NCBI RefSeq assembly: GCF_009914755.1
Contig: NC_060926.1
Source of the DNA: the human T2T-CHM13v2.0 reference genome, Homo sapiens
Length of the DNA: 64,000 nucleotides
Reading direction: 5' to 3' (one strand)
In this document: piece by piece, positions 1 to 11,480 of the stretch
Layout: each line of letters starts with the position of its first letter
Numbering within the stretch: position 1 is the stretch's first letter
Notes under the pieces: generated by a model
Databases searched by the model: none
Told to the model about the DNA's origin: nothing
What the model saw: only the letters and a program-made list of their open reading frames with translations
Program-made: the position numbers and the translations under genes

Positions 1-193
1 ATCACCTGCTTCTAGAAGGGAACCTGCCCATTCATGTGGGCGGGCAGCTGCTGAAGAGGGAAGATTCATTGTTTAGGACCATTTGCATAAGTAACGTGTG
101 CTGCCTGCAGGAGGAAAAAGAGGCTACTCTGCGCTCCTGGGCTACTTCTCAGAGTAGATTCCAGCACATCTTCCTTTCCAGATTGACTTCAGG

Positions 194-660
194 TCACACA
201 TACATATGAACACAGATGACACACTGGAGTGAGGCCCCAGGCACACATCTGATGTACAGGCGTCCATCTGTGGAGCGAGCCCACACAACATACAGTGACA
301 CTTTACACGGGTGTGTATATGTGTACCTTAACATGAAATCTGTATATAAGCACCACGTATGTGCATACTCTATGTAAGTGTGGTTAGACACACGCACCTG
401 GTATTTATGTGCCATTTCTATAACTAGGCAGGTCAGCTCTGGACACGCACACCTGTGTGCACTATGTCTGCACCCACACCCGCATAGCATGTGTTTGCAT
501 ATGCTGTAGGAGCATCTGTCTATAAACACACATTGTAAGTCCTGTATGTATGTTGTGTATGTACTCATAAATATGCAGTCTGTTTACTCTAAATTCCTTA
601 TAAACGCACACAGCACACGGGCATGGGCACCTGAATGCCTGCGTGTGTGTGCACGTGGAC
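194..660. repeat. Low-complexity alternating purine/pyrimidine (CA/TG/TA) tract
   Basis: Degenerate runs such as cacacatacatatg, gtgtgtatatgtgtac and gcgtgtgtgtgcac throughout. Confidence 0.75.
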
Positions 661-1589
661 ACTGATGCGCCCATTCCTGTCTTTTGGAGTCAGTTGTTGC
701 CTGGGCTAGCCCTGCCTCGGCCCCAGGTTCCACCTTTGTGTTTGTAAACAGTTCTGGCGCCGTCCCTCCATCACAGCTTAATAGATATTGTGCCTGAGCT
801 CTTCTAATCCTCCCATGATTCAATCCCCTAATCACAGAGCCTGATCTCTTGGAATATCTGCTTGGAAAGGAGAGGGGATGTGGCTGGTCTCATGGCTGTT
901 GGAAAGAAGGGACTCATTCCTCCCTTGTCCCGCCCAGATGCTGTGGGGCTCTCCAGGTGTGACTGAGCTTGGGACCAGGGCACACTGAGCCTGCCGCTGG
1001 CTCTGAGAGAGGGCTCTAAGGGCCAGGCCTGGATCTCCATGACACCTGGCACCTCCTCCAGGAAGCCCCTCACCCCGCTCTCCCTGGCACTGCTCTGACT
1101 GGACCTAGCACTCCACTGCACTGAAGTCTCTTGGGTCTCCTTGTCTGTCACCTAGCAGCTGTCTCTGATGTGCAGGCTGGGGGTGGTGGGTGGGGGTACA
1201 ATGCCTCTTCTCTACTCCTCAGGTCCTGTGAGGAGGGATTCCTGCCAAGCACCCCCAGCCTCCTGCCCCAGCTCCCACCTCTTACCCCAGAGCGGGAGGA
1301 GCGCCCGGGGAACACACACTCAGCAAGCGGCTGCGCTCCTCAGAGCTGCTGGTGCCTGGGGATGAGTCCTGGGTGGGCCGTGTCCCGTTGCTGCCCCTCA
1401 CCAAACCACAACCTCCACTCCAGCCTCTTCCTGTCAAAACTGGTGTTGTTATCTCCATCTGCCAGGATTTTAACCTCCCAATTAGTTCCAAAGTTGAGTT
1501 GAAACAATGTTTTTTGTTTTTGTTAATTCAGTCTACTCTAACCCCAAATTATTGAAGCCCGTTGTGTTCCAGTCACCACACATGACACA

Positions 1590-2110
1590 GGAGACCCCTG
1601 ACAGTGAAGCAGACATAGTCCCTGTCCTCATGGAATGCAGGGTCATGTGGGGAGGAGAACAGCAGGCAAAGCAAGCCACACCCGATGTGTAATTACACTG
1701 TGGCAAGGGCTTGGAAGGAAAGGGAGAGGCTACTGAGACAGAAGAACGGTCTGGGCAAGGAAGGGTCCAGATAGAGCAGTCAATGAAGACCTCTCCTGGG
1801 AGAAACAGGACAGATGAGAGTCAGTCTTGCAAAAAACTAGAACAGGGAGTGCTGGGGTGGCGGAAAAGGCAAGTGCAAAGGCCGTGGGGTGGAGTGTGGC
1901 CGGCACGTGGTGAGGGAAGGAAGAGGGGCAAAAGCCGAGGCTGGAAAGGGAGGCAGGCTCATCCATCCATGGAAGCAAAGTGGGTTCTGTCTGAAGGGGG
2001 CTGGGAAGCCTTGGAAGGTTTTGGGGTGGGCAATGGGCAGTCACGTGATTCTTGAGTTTAAAGAGCACTCTGGCAGCCCTGAGGTCAGAGAGGAAGTGGG
2101 CTGCAGGGAG
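1590..2110 (-). mobile_element. L2 (LINE-2) fragment
   Basis: Antisense L2 hallmarks: agacatagtccctgtcctcatgga, aggcaagtgcaaaggcc, gggaagccttggaaggtttt, tttaaagagcactctggcagc. Boundaries approximate. Confidence 0.7.
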
Positions 2111-2319
2111 AGGATGAACTCTGTGCTTTCCATGAGCACTGCCTGGCAGCCACTGAGCTGGCCTAGACCTCCATCCTCTCAAATCAGCCCTGCAGAGTGG
2201 CGGCGCTGCTGCTGCCTGCCCCCAGCCCACAGGCGAAGGCAGTGCTAGAGAACAGGGCCAGCCGTGCTGCTATTCAGACAAGAGAAACACCACCGGCAGC
2301 AACAGGCATTTTCTCCTTC

Positions 2320-2445
2320 AGTCCTCACACCCTCTAGCAGGGGACACTATTTGTATCTCCATTTGTCAAACACGAAGCTGAAGCCCAGGGAAGTTAGGTG
2401 ACTTACCCAAGGTCACACAGGCCTTGGAGTACCAGGCATGAACCA
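2320..2445 (-). mobile_element. MIR SINE fragment
   Basis: MIR core-like tctccatttgtc...gaagctgaagcccagggaagttaggtgacttacccaaggtcacacag. Confidence 0.75.
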
Positions 2446-3133
2446 CAGCTGGCCACCACCCACACAGCTGGAGAGATTGGGATGCCTGTCCTCGCTCTTC
2501 CCGAAGGGCTGTATTTTGTCCATGGTGAAGATGCTCTCCTTTCATGCCTCACCAAGCTTGTTCAAACATTCGTAAAAGACACAATAACTGCTATCGTGTT
2601 TGCTTATTTCAGAAAAAAACCTGGTCTTTATTCTTTGGAGGGATCGTCCAGGTCAGGGTGGAGACATGCGTGGGGAGACAGGGATGCAGTCGCCACCTCC
2701 CCCAGCAGGCTCCCTAAATGGTGCTTTTTCCATGGCTGTTAAGATGATGATGAAAAGATGAGAACAGAGTGGGTGCAATCGGTTGGGAGGCAGCAAAGCA
2801 GGAGCTGCAGGGGTGCCTCTTTAATGTGCTCACTCCCTGCCAGCTAGCGGCGGCCCAACCCCGATGGCAGCACACAGGCAAGCCATTAATGGGGACCCTA
2901 TGAACCCACAATATCCCAACATCGAGTCCTGACAGCCCAGAAGGGGGGAAACGTAACTGCTGGAGATTTGATAGACTTGTTAAAAATACTTGAAGCCCAC
3001 CACTTAAATGGTGAAACATGCTGGAAAATGTTCTACTTGATAACACAAAATCTCAAAGCAAGGTCATGATGGTCATCTGCTAACTGACTGAGACCACAGT
3101 GTCATGTTGTCTGTGACTCCTTTCCCAGCCTGC

Positions 3134-3310
3134 ATGGGTACACAAGTGCGCACACACACATATCCTTCATGTGCACACACACACACATGCAAACTCACAC
3201 ACACCTCCATACACGTACATGCACATACATATCCTTCATGTGGACACACATGTGCACTCATACACACACACACATCTCCATACGTGTGCACACACACACA
3301 CTCACACAGA
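3134..3310. repeat. Degenerate (CA)n/(CATA)n simple repeat
   Basis: Repeated cacacacacatatccttcatgtg units and CA runs. Confidence 0.85.
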
Positions 3311-3329
3311 GACATACTTTTTCCTTGCT

Positions 3330-4220
3330 TAGCTTATAATTCAGAGACATGGATTCAGAGACATCTCATCAGGCCTCCATGCAATGCAAATTTTTCTGCC
3401 CATCACACTTCTTTTTCTTCCAGTTCATCAATTCTCTTTTCGGCTGTGGCCATTTGTTTTTCATTTCAGTAACCATGCTTTTCATTTGCGGAAGTCCTAT
3501 TTCATGCTTTTGCAAGTTTACCTCTTCTTTTTTTAATAGTGTCCTGTTTTTAATTAATTTTTCTTGTCCTTTTATCTGTAATGACTTGAAGTGCAATTAG
3601 TTTGCAGTCTCTTTCATGTTATTCTCGTTTCCATTCTTGGGGTGCCTGCGTGGATCTGGGGTTTGCTTCCTCATGGGGTGTGTGCCTGTTTATCTCAGCA
3701 GGGGTTGTTTTCAGAGTCCCACGTGTGGGTGGTGGAACAAGCTCTGCAGAGAGGTTTGGCTTTCCATTCTTCCAGGGCTCCAGGGGTTTCCCTGGCTCTG
3801 CACTGGGTTTCACGTTAGTTTCTTGGCTGGGGATTCCTGCCAGGCATGCCTTGAAGCTCCACTTCCCCGCACAGCATAGGCTTGGGCCTTCAAACTCTCA
3901 CCAAAGACTTTTTAAATCCCACTCAGAGCCCTACGCAGAGGGAACATACTCTCTTTTCTGGGTGAGTGGGTGGCATTTTCAAGTCCCATTGTCACAGACT
4001 GGGGCTGCCTTTCAAGGGTCTTAGTATTCTGTAAGGGTCTCCTTTTTCAGTTGCCCACCTGCACAGGCCAAGGCCATAGCCTGCTCCCACTGGGCATTCA
4101 ACCCCAGCTTCCAGCACCAGCAGACTCTAACTGGGCTGGAAACAGCTACGGGCATCTGAGGTGTTGGCCCGAGAATTTGTGTTATGTGTTTGTTACTGGC
4201 CCAGGGAGTTCCCTTTAAGA
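3330..4220 (-). mobile_element. Ancient L1/HAL1 5' (ORF1 coiled-coil) region fragment
   Basis: Antisense text ttttcggctgtggccatttgtttttcatttcagtaaccatgcttttcatttgcggaagtcctattt resembles old L1 ORF1. ORF 3369-3596 reads K/E-rich coiled-coil-like (MKSMVTEMKNK). Extent beyond ~3650 is uncertain. Confidence 0.55.
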
Positions 4221-4234
4221 TCAGCTCTATATTT

Positions 4235-5232
4235 AAAACATGAAAATTAAACCATTTTGTGCATCAAAAGACATTATCAACAAAATAGAAAGTCAGCCCA
4301 TAGAATGGGAGGAAAATCTACAAATCATATACGCAGAAAAATTACAGCATTCTTAAAATCAGCAGAAAAACCAACAGCCCACTTCAAAAATGAGCAAAGG
4401 ACATACACAAATATTTTTCCAAAGAAGATATATGAATGGCCAATAAGCACATGAAAAGATGCTCAACATCACAACTCATCAGGGAAATGCAAATCAAAAC
4501 CACAGTGAGATGCTACATGACACCTGTTAAGCCGGTCACCACCAAAACAGAAAATAACACGGTTGGCGAAGATGTGGAGGAACTGGAACGCCTGGACTCT
4601 GTTGGTGAGAATGTAAAATGGTGCAGCAGCTGTTGCAAACAGTATGGAGGTGCCTCAGAAGATTAAAAATAAAATTACTATGTGATCCAGCAATTCTACT
4701 TCTGGGTATATACTCAAAGGAACTGAAAGCAGGGTCCTGAAGAGATATTTGCACACTCATGTTCATAGCAGCCTTATTCACAATAGCCAAAAAGTGGAAG
4801 CAACGCAGGTGCCTATCGACAGATAAATGGATAAACAAGATATGATCTATCCATAGAATGAAATACTATCCAGCCTCAAAAAGGAAGGAAATTCTGACAC
4901 ACACTACAACTTGGATGAACGTTGAGGACAGTATGCTAAGTGAAATGTGGCAGTTGCAATAGGACAAATACTGTATGATTCCACTTATCTGAGGCACCTA
5001 AATAGTCAAATCCATAGAAAAAAAAAATGATGGTTTCCAGAGGCTGGAGAAAGGGAGAATGAAGAGTGATTAATGGGTGCAGAGTTTCAGTTCTGCAAGA
5101 TGGAAAAAGTGCTAGCATGGATAGTGGTGATGATTGCACAACAATATGAATGCACTTAATGCCAGTGAACTGCATACTTAAAAATGGCTAACATGGTAAG
5201 TGCTGTGTTATGTGTATTATACCACTGCAAAA
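4235..5232 (+). mobile_element. L1MB-type LINE-1, 3' ORF2 end plus 3' UTR
   Basis: ORF 4436-4666 MANKHMKRCSTSQLIREMQIKTTVR... is the L1 ORF2p C-terminus. The 3' UTR gggtgcagagtttcagtt...gatagtggtgatgattgcacaacaatatgaatgcacttaatgcc is typical of L1MB. Confidence 0.92.
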
Positions 5233-5499
5233 AACTGCACAAAAGATATTCCCCCAAAGATCTGTTAGCTTGTATATAGCATTACTCTATGTTTGTGTCA
5301 GAAGAGAGGGGTCTACATTAATTCAGTCTGCCATGTTGTCAGAAGGTCAAGTTCTTGCATCCCTCCCTTCCACTCGTCCTTTTTAGTTTTTAAAGGATTT
5401 GTAAACATGAATTTAGTGATTACTTCTGTGATCTTATTTGTGGTAAGAATGATCACAAGATTGGGATGAGACTGAGCCATGTCAAGGGAATGGATGCTA

Positions 5500-5640
5500 T
5501 AAGCCCATCAAGCAGGTGCAGAAACTTAGCCTCAGAAAGATTTTGTAATGTACCCAAGCTGCACACCTGCCAAGCATTGGAAACAAGATTCAAATTCAGG
5601 ATGTTCAAGTCCATGTGCTTTCACCTATCAGATGCCTCCT
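5500..5640 (-). mobile_element. MIR fragment
   Basis: cagaaacttagcctcagaaagattttgtaatgtacccaagctgcacac...gattcaaattcagg. Confidence 0.6.
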
Positions 5641-6224
5641 GAGCAGAGCCCTGCTGCCCCTCCTGTGGGAAGCTGTGGAATAGCACGTGGAAGGTGGGCA
5701 GTTGTTGGATAAACAGTGTGGGTGGACCTCTGTTCAGGAAGACTTCCTGCAGAAAGTGAACTTGGTGAAGTCCTCAAGGGGCCAGAGGCCTTCTTCAGAG
5801 GCTCCCCCTCTCCCTTGGGTCACTCAGTCTCCCCTCCTCCTCAGCCTTCCCCCTCCACTGCCCCAAAGGGAGACACATCTCGGTCAGCTGAGTGTTGTGT
5901 TGCCTTCCCAGGAAGTCTGCCTCTGCCAGAACATTCTGTCCATCAGTTCACATGTGTGTCTGATCTTTGTGGACGCATGAGTTTGGACAGCTGTCCTGGA
6001 CTGCGTGCAGCTGAGACCACTTCTTGACCTTGAATGTCTCCAAGAGGGCCAGCCTCTCCCTCAAAGACCTGCAGACCAGAAAAGCCCAGGGAAGGCCAAT
6101 AGGGCAACTCATAGCTGGCTGGGCCAGAGCTCCTGGAGCCAGGCCCATGGCCACCAGAAAACAGACTAGTTTCTTGAGACCAGGAAACCAACGTGGGTAG
6201 GGAAAGGCCATCAGCTTCAATGGG

Positions 6225-6360
6225 GGCAGATCTGAGTTCGAATCCTGGCTTTGCTTTAACCTCTCTGTGTCTCAGTTTCTCATCTGCGAAATGGTTTATA
6301 GTGCCCGCTTTGTAGAGAGGTCTAGAGAATTACAGAATCATGTACGTGAAGTGTTAGACC
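6225..6360 (+). mobile_element. MIR fragment
   Basis: agatctgagttcgaatcctggctttgc...ttaacctctctgtgtctcagtttctcatctgcgaaatgg. Confidence 0.75.
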
Positions 6361-9300
6361 AGGAAGAGAGTAGGCGTTCCATGCACAGTAGCCCGAGCCT
6401 CTCAAAGCACCCTGAGAAGTCACCGCGCTCCCAGAAGTGTGAGGGGAGCTCTGATAAGCTATTGTTGACTTCAGCTTTGGGGTGGGAGGGGGATCGATTG
6501 GAGCTGGGGAAGGACAGGAGGTGGAAAAGAGCAACCTTAAACTTGAATGGGCTCAGAGTCGCAGTAGGGCGGACCGTGTGGGAACTCTCTATGCTCTCTT
6601 CCGAACTGTAAATCTAAAACCGCTCTGACATAAAAGTGGACTTAGTGTCCATGGGTCTTGTTAAATGCAGATTCCGAGGCAGCAGGTCTGGGTGGGGCCT
6701 GAACGTTTTTTTGTGTTACTCAGCTGTTCCCAAGTCTTTGGACCTCATTCTGGGGGCAAGGGAGTAGTGCATCCACGTGAAGGGTAGGGGACTCTGACAA
6801 GAGGGAGGTGCCCTGGGTGGAGGTGCGGCTCCCCCTTCAGTGAGGTGGCATGGCCTCGTAACACTTTCAATACTGAGCTCACCTCCTGCTGCTGCTGAGG
6901 AGGAGGATGAAGATGAGGACAAGATGAAGGCCCTGTGGGGGCTGGGGAGGGGCCCTGCAGAAACCACATGTGAGTTGGTTGTCCCTCCTGCCTGGCTCCC
7001 AGCCCGCCAGCCCCTCCCCTCTGCACCCCGAGAGGAAGGCATGGTGGACACTTGACATTTGTGGGAGGCAAGAAGCCACTTCCCTGAAAGTCACCTGAAG
7101 CCTTAAATGCCCCAGCTGACCCTGGGATTTTCCAAGTCTGGATCCTTCCCCTTCATAGTGGAAGCTGGGAGCTGTCCCTGGGACCCATCTCCCCACGGGG
7201 ACAGGGGCCAGGAAACGGCTGCTTCTGCCCCTGGGAGTTGAAGGTGGCACCTGAAGCCCTTGGAAGTCTGGGTTCCCATGGAGAGATCAGGGCCTGGTCC
7301 CCATCCTGAGCCCCCGGCGTGGACAGGCTGGGGCCTGGCCAGGCCAAGCAGGCACAGCCTTCCCACAGCTGCCGGGGACCGGCTGCCTCCTCCCCAGCCT
7401 TTGTTCTTCCTCAGCCCTTCTCTCCATCCACTGCATCACCACCTGCCTGAGGGGGTTTTACTCCAGTGGGCCTTCTCAGACAGCTGCCTGCCACAGGGGC
7501 CACAGCCCGGGGTGGGGAGTCAGGGTGCCTGTTCCCAACCATCCGTTTGGTCTTTCCCCTTTCCATGCCTCAGTTTCCCAGCTATGATGCAGGGGTTGGA
7601 CAGGATGGTTTCCTCGTGCTTCTCCAGCTCTAACCACCTCGGGTCTGTGGCAGTGAGTTGGAGCCAGGGGGCCTCCCAGTCCCAGCTGCCTGCTCCCAGC
7701 CCTGCCTGTGCCCATACCTCTGTGTGCCCCGCCATGCTGCTCTATCCATGCTCTTCACCTGTGTCCAGGGCAGCTCTGGCCAGGCCAGGAGGTGGGGGAA
7801 GCTGAAATGCAGCCTCCCTGGCCTTGCGCCCTGGCTCAGGGCCTGTCCTCCTACAGGCTGCTTTGGACTGCTGGCACCATCTCAGCCTTGAGAGTGAGCC
7901 CCTTGGGGGCACTGACACTGGCATCCCTGCACCTCACCAGCCCAGCTCGCTGTGGGGCTAAGGGAAGGCTTGGGATGGGCAAATGACGCTGCCTCTGCCC
8001 TGGAGTTAGGATGCTCCTGCGTCTGCCCACATGGCCCTCCCAGAAGGGGTCAGCAAGTGGCTGCGGCAGGGGGTTCCAGAACTAGAGTGAGAGGGATCCC
8101 CCAGGCTTCAGGGCATCAGTCAGGGCTTATAAATGTAAAGCACAGTTAAAGCCGAGGAGCCCAAGGCCAGATCCAAGGCACAGAGGCCACCATGGTCACC
8201 ACATCAAACCACTGGGCTGGGGTCAGCCGAGGGCAGCCTAGGAGCCACCAGGACCAGCAGGGCAGTGGGTCTCACCTCAGAGGCTGTCCAGACAGCTACA
8301 GGCCTGGGGCTGGGCTGGCTCAGAGGCCCAAAGGGAGAGCTGAGAAAGAAATGACACCCCCCTGGTCACCCCTCAAAAAACATCCATGAGGGCATGTCAA
8401 GGACCTTCCTCTGGGTCCTCCTTGCTTTTGGCTGCATTTTCCTTCTAATCCTCTGGGACCCCAGGGCCCCCAACCTGAGGAACAGTGACAGGTGCAAGCC
8501 CGAGGTTTGCACCCCATCGCAGTGAGGCAGCTATCAGTGCCGGGGTTCCCTGCCCCAGGCAGGCTTAAGGCAGTGCATGGGCGGTGGGCAGCAGCCTCCC
8601 TCCCCAGAACTGAGACACTACCTCAGCCATGACACCAGGACGAGCCCAGCCAGCCCCTTCCCCCAAATCTTCCTCTTGTCGCCATCCAGAGAGGCCAAGA
8701 CCCCCTTCCCCTTGGAGTTGGGAGAGTATCTCTTCCCACTGGGGGTCCACCAGGACAGAGGAAAGCCTGATGCTATCTCGAGAGGGTCTGCCAGGCTGCC
8801 GACGTTAGGTACTCTGGGACAGGAGCCTCAGGCAGCCTCCCAAACTGCACTGGGCCCACCCAGAACCAACTTCCACTGGGGTCTCAGAGCCCCTGAGCAA
8901 TGGGGAGTGACCAAGTTCTGAGCCAGTGGAGCCTGGTTAGAGTCAGGGGGGCCCAAAGGCCAGATGGTCCCAGAAAAGGTGACTTTTGATTTGACCCCGT
9001 AGTGTTGCCCCTGCCAGAGGAGAACTGAGGCAAAAGGACAGGGATCCCAGCATGGGGGAGCCAGCATCCGTGGGGCAATGAGCATGGGGTGCCAGAACTG
9101 CTTCCCAGTGGAGCCCTGGTCTACCCAGACAAAACCGGAAGAATATGAGCACTGGCACCCCATGGGCTGGACCCCCAAATGCGGCTCCCCACCAACTGAG
9201 TGTCTGTGGCAGGGGGGCTTTACCTCTGCATCTCAACTCATCGTCTTCACAATGGGATGGGAGCATCATTGCCTTCCGAGGGTTCTTGGGAAGGCCCAGC

Positions 9301-10024
9301 AAGATGATGCCTATAAGGCACCCGGCAGTGTGACCAGGACGGGGAAGATGCCCAATAAATGGAAGATGATGAAGATATAACAATAACAACCACCACAACA
9401 GTAATCATCATCATCAATATGGTGATTATCATTTTCTCATTATACAATGATACATTAATCCAGCACAGGATTCTGTCTCCAGCAGAAACTGAGGGATAGA
9501 CCCAAATGGCCTTAAAATATACTGTGGTTAATTATTCTGGTCCTTAATGTTTATGGCAACCTTGACTGCTTGCTAAGTGCTTTCCCATATAGGATGGTCC
9601 AAAACAGGCTTCAACAGGTGAGTCTCTACTGTGTGCCAGACACAGCCACCCTTTGCCTGGGATCAGGGTGCATTGAATGCCCACCGTGCAGCCCCCTTAA
9701 AGGTCACACAAGACAGCCATGGTCCTTGCCTCGTGGAAGGGGACAAGAGAATGAAGAGGGGTTTACAAAGAGCACAGAGTAATGCTGACATAAGAGCTAA
9801 AGCTACAGAAGGAAAAAAAAACTGAGACTTGGCAGAGTCAGTCACTGGCCCAAGGTCACCCCCTGGTCTTGGCAGAGGTGAGGGCAGCACAGGGTTTGAT
9901 TGCAAAGCCCAGGCTCTTTCACAGAGCGTCACAAAGTGCTGGTTGAATTTATGCCACCATCGCCACACTACAGGGCTGGCACCTTCCACTCCCGCCTTGA
10001 GGCAGGGCTCATGGCCTCCACTGC

Positions 10025-10382
10025 TGCTTGGACTGAATGAGTCCACCCACAATCCATAGGTTGGAACCTAGTCACCAAGGTGATGGTATTAGGAGGTGGG
10101 GCCTCTGTGGGGGGTGATCAGGTCATGGCAGGGGAGCCCTCAGGAATGGGATTAGTGCCCTCATACAAGAGCTCTGCCACCCCTTCTGCCACATTAAGGA
10201 TGCAGTGAGAATATGGCTGTCTGGGAACCAGGAAGCAGGCCTCAGCAGACACCAAACCTGCTGGTGCCTTGATCTTGGACTTCCCAGCCTGCAGTACTGT
10301 AAGAATTCCATTTCTGTTGTTTATAAGTCACCCAAACAAAGTACTATCTATTTTGTTACAGCAGCCCAAATAGACAGAGACA
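10025..10382 (+). mobile_element. MLT1A-type MaLR solo LTR
   Basis: TG...CA termini; gtgatggtattaggaggtggggcct, gaatgggattagtgccctcata, ccttgatcttggacttcccagcct and ttttgttacagcagcccaaatagac match MLT1A/MSTD. Confidence 0.88.
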
Positions 10383-11039
10383 ATCACAGTGCAACCACCT
10401 TGAATCCACCAGCCCCTAGGGACCCCAATTTCCCTGTGTTCTTGGATCCCACGCCATGGAGACTACACAGAGTAAATGCTCAGGAAACACTTGCTGGGAG
10501 AAACTTCTTCAGAGCAAGCTCCTTCCAGCTCTGACAGGCCATGGGTCTGGCAGGGTCTGCCATGTTGACTGGGCTTTAGCTTGGCAGGTTAGGCAGTGAG
10601 CAGAGAGCAGAACCCCACAACAGGAAGGCGGGGGGCATAAGTGTGGCGGCCCCCCCTTCCATAGCCACACGTCGTCTCTAACCACTCGTCAGTCAGAGAT
10701 CTTCCCAAGGAATAGAGGGGTGGCATTGGAATCCTCCTGTCGTCAGTGCTTCAGGCTGCGCCGTGCCCTCAGTCCGCTAGATTCGAGGGGAGCATGAAGC
10801 TTCCCTCCATCCCTGCCCTTGGTGGTAGGATGGGGGTAGGCAGAGACAGGAGAAATGTTGGGGGAAGGATGAAGAGCAGTGTGCAATCATCCAGAGAAGG
10901 GTACACAGGTGGGAGGCAGCACATAATAGGGACCAAGACTTCTCCATCCTTGAAGTCAATATCATCTATTTGTCATCCTCTTACGAGTCTTCAAGAAACA
11001 ATAGAAATCAACAAGAATGAGCGGCAATAAGCCCATTAG

Positions 11040-11480
11040 CAAACAAGAAGGGAAATGACCAAGCTCATCAGTAATTAAAGAAATGCAACCAACAATCTTT
11101 CTTTCTTAATTATTGAAGAGGCAGTGATTTAAAAAATAAAATAAAATGGAAAACCCAGAGCCGCTGCCATAATAAGGTTAGTGCTGTGTGCTTGCTTGGT
11201 GGGGTGTCATTCTGCTGGCAGTTTGACCATAGGTATCAAGAGGCTTAAGAAGGATGATGGCTTATAATCCAGCAGCTGCATGTAGGGTATCTGAAATACA
11301 GACCAAACTTATGAACAAAGATGCTCACCATAGCGTCACTTATTATTTTGAAAAATAAGAAACAGCCTCAATGTCTTATAATAGAGGGTTGGTAAATAAA
11401 TTACGGCCCATCCATTAGATAGAATATCAGGCAGCCAATAAGACGATTCTCAAAAAGGACTGCTAACAATGTGATGTGCC
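11040..11480 (+). mobile_element. Highly diverged L1ME-type fragment
   Basis: ctcatcagtaattaaagaaatgcaa, ggcagtttgaccataggtatcaa, gatgctcaccatagcgtcacttat and aaacagcctcaatgtc follow L1 3' order. Confidence 0.7.

Noticed and set aside
67-90. CATTGTT plus ATTTGCATAA as a SOX-OCT composite
   Set aside because: Spacing and orientation do not match the canonical adjacent composite; truncated context at the window edge.
4257-5175. L1 ORF2-like peptides as a functional RT gene
   Set aside because: Fragmented by stops and frameshifts; dead L1 relic.
6840-7055. ORF with acidic run AAAEEEDEDEDKMK
   Set aside because: Arises from a short CTG/GAG/GAT trinucleotide patch; flanks are not protein-like and I found no convincing exon structure.
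9593-9617. Possible 25-nt micro-exon ending in CAG|GTGAGT
   Set aside because: Weak acceptor, frame-shifting length, no supporting neighbouring exons; isolated strong donors are common by chance.
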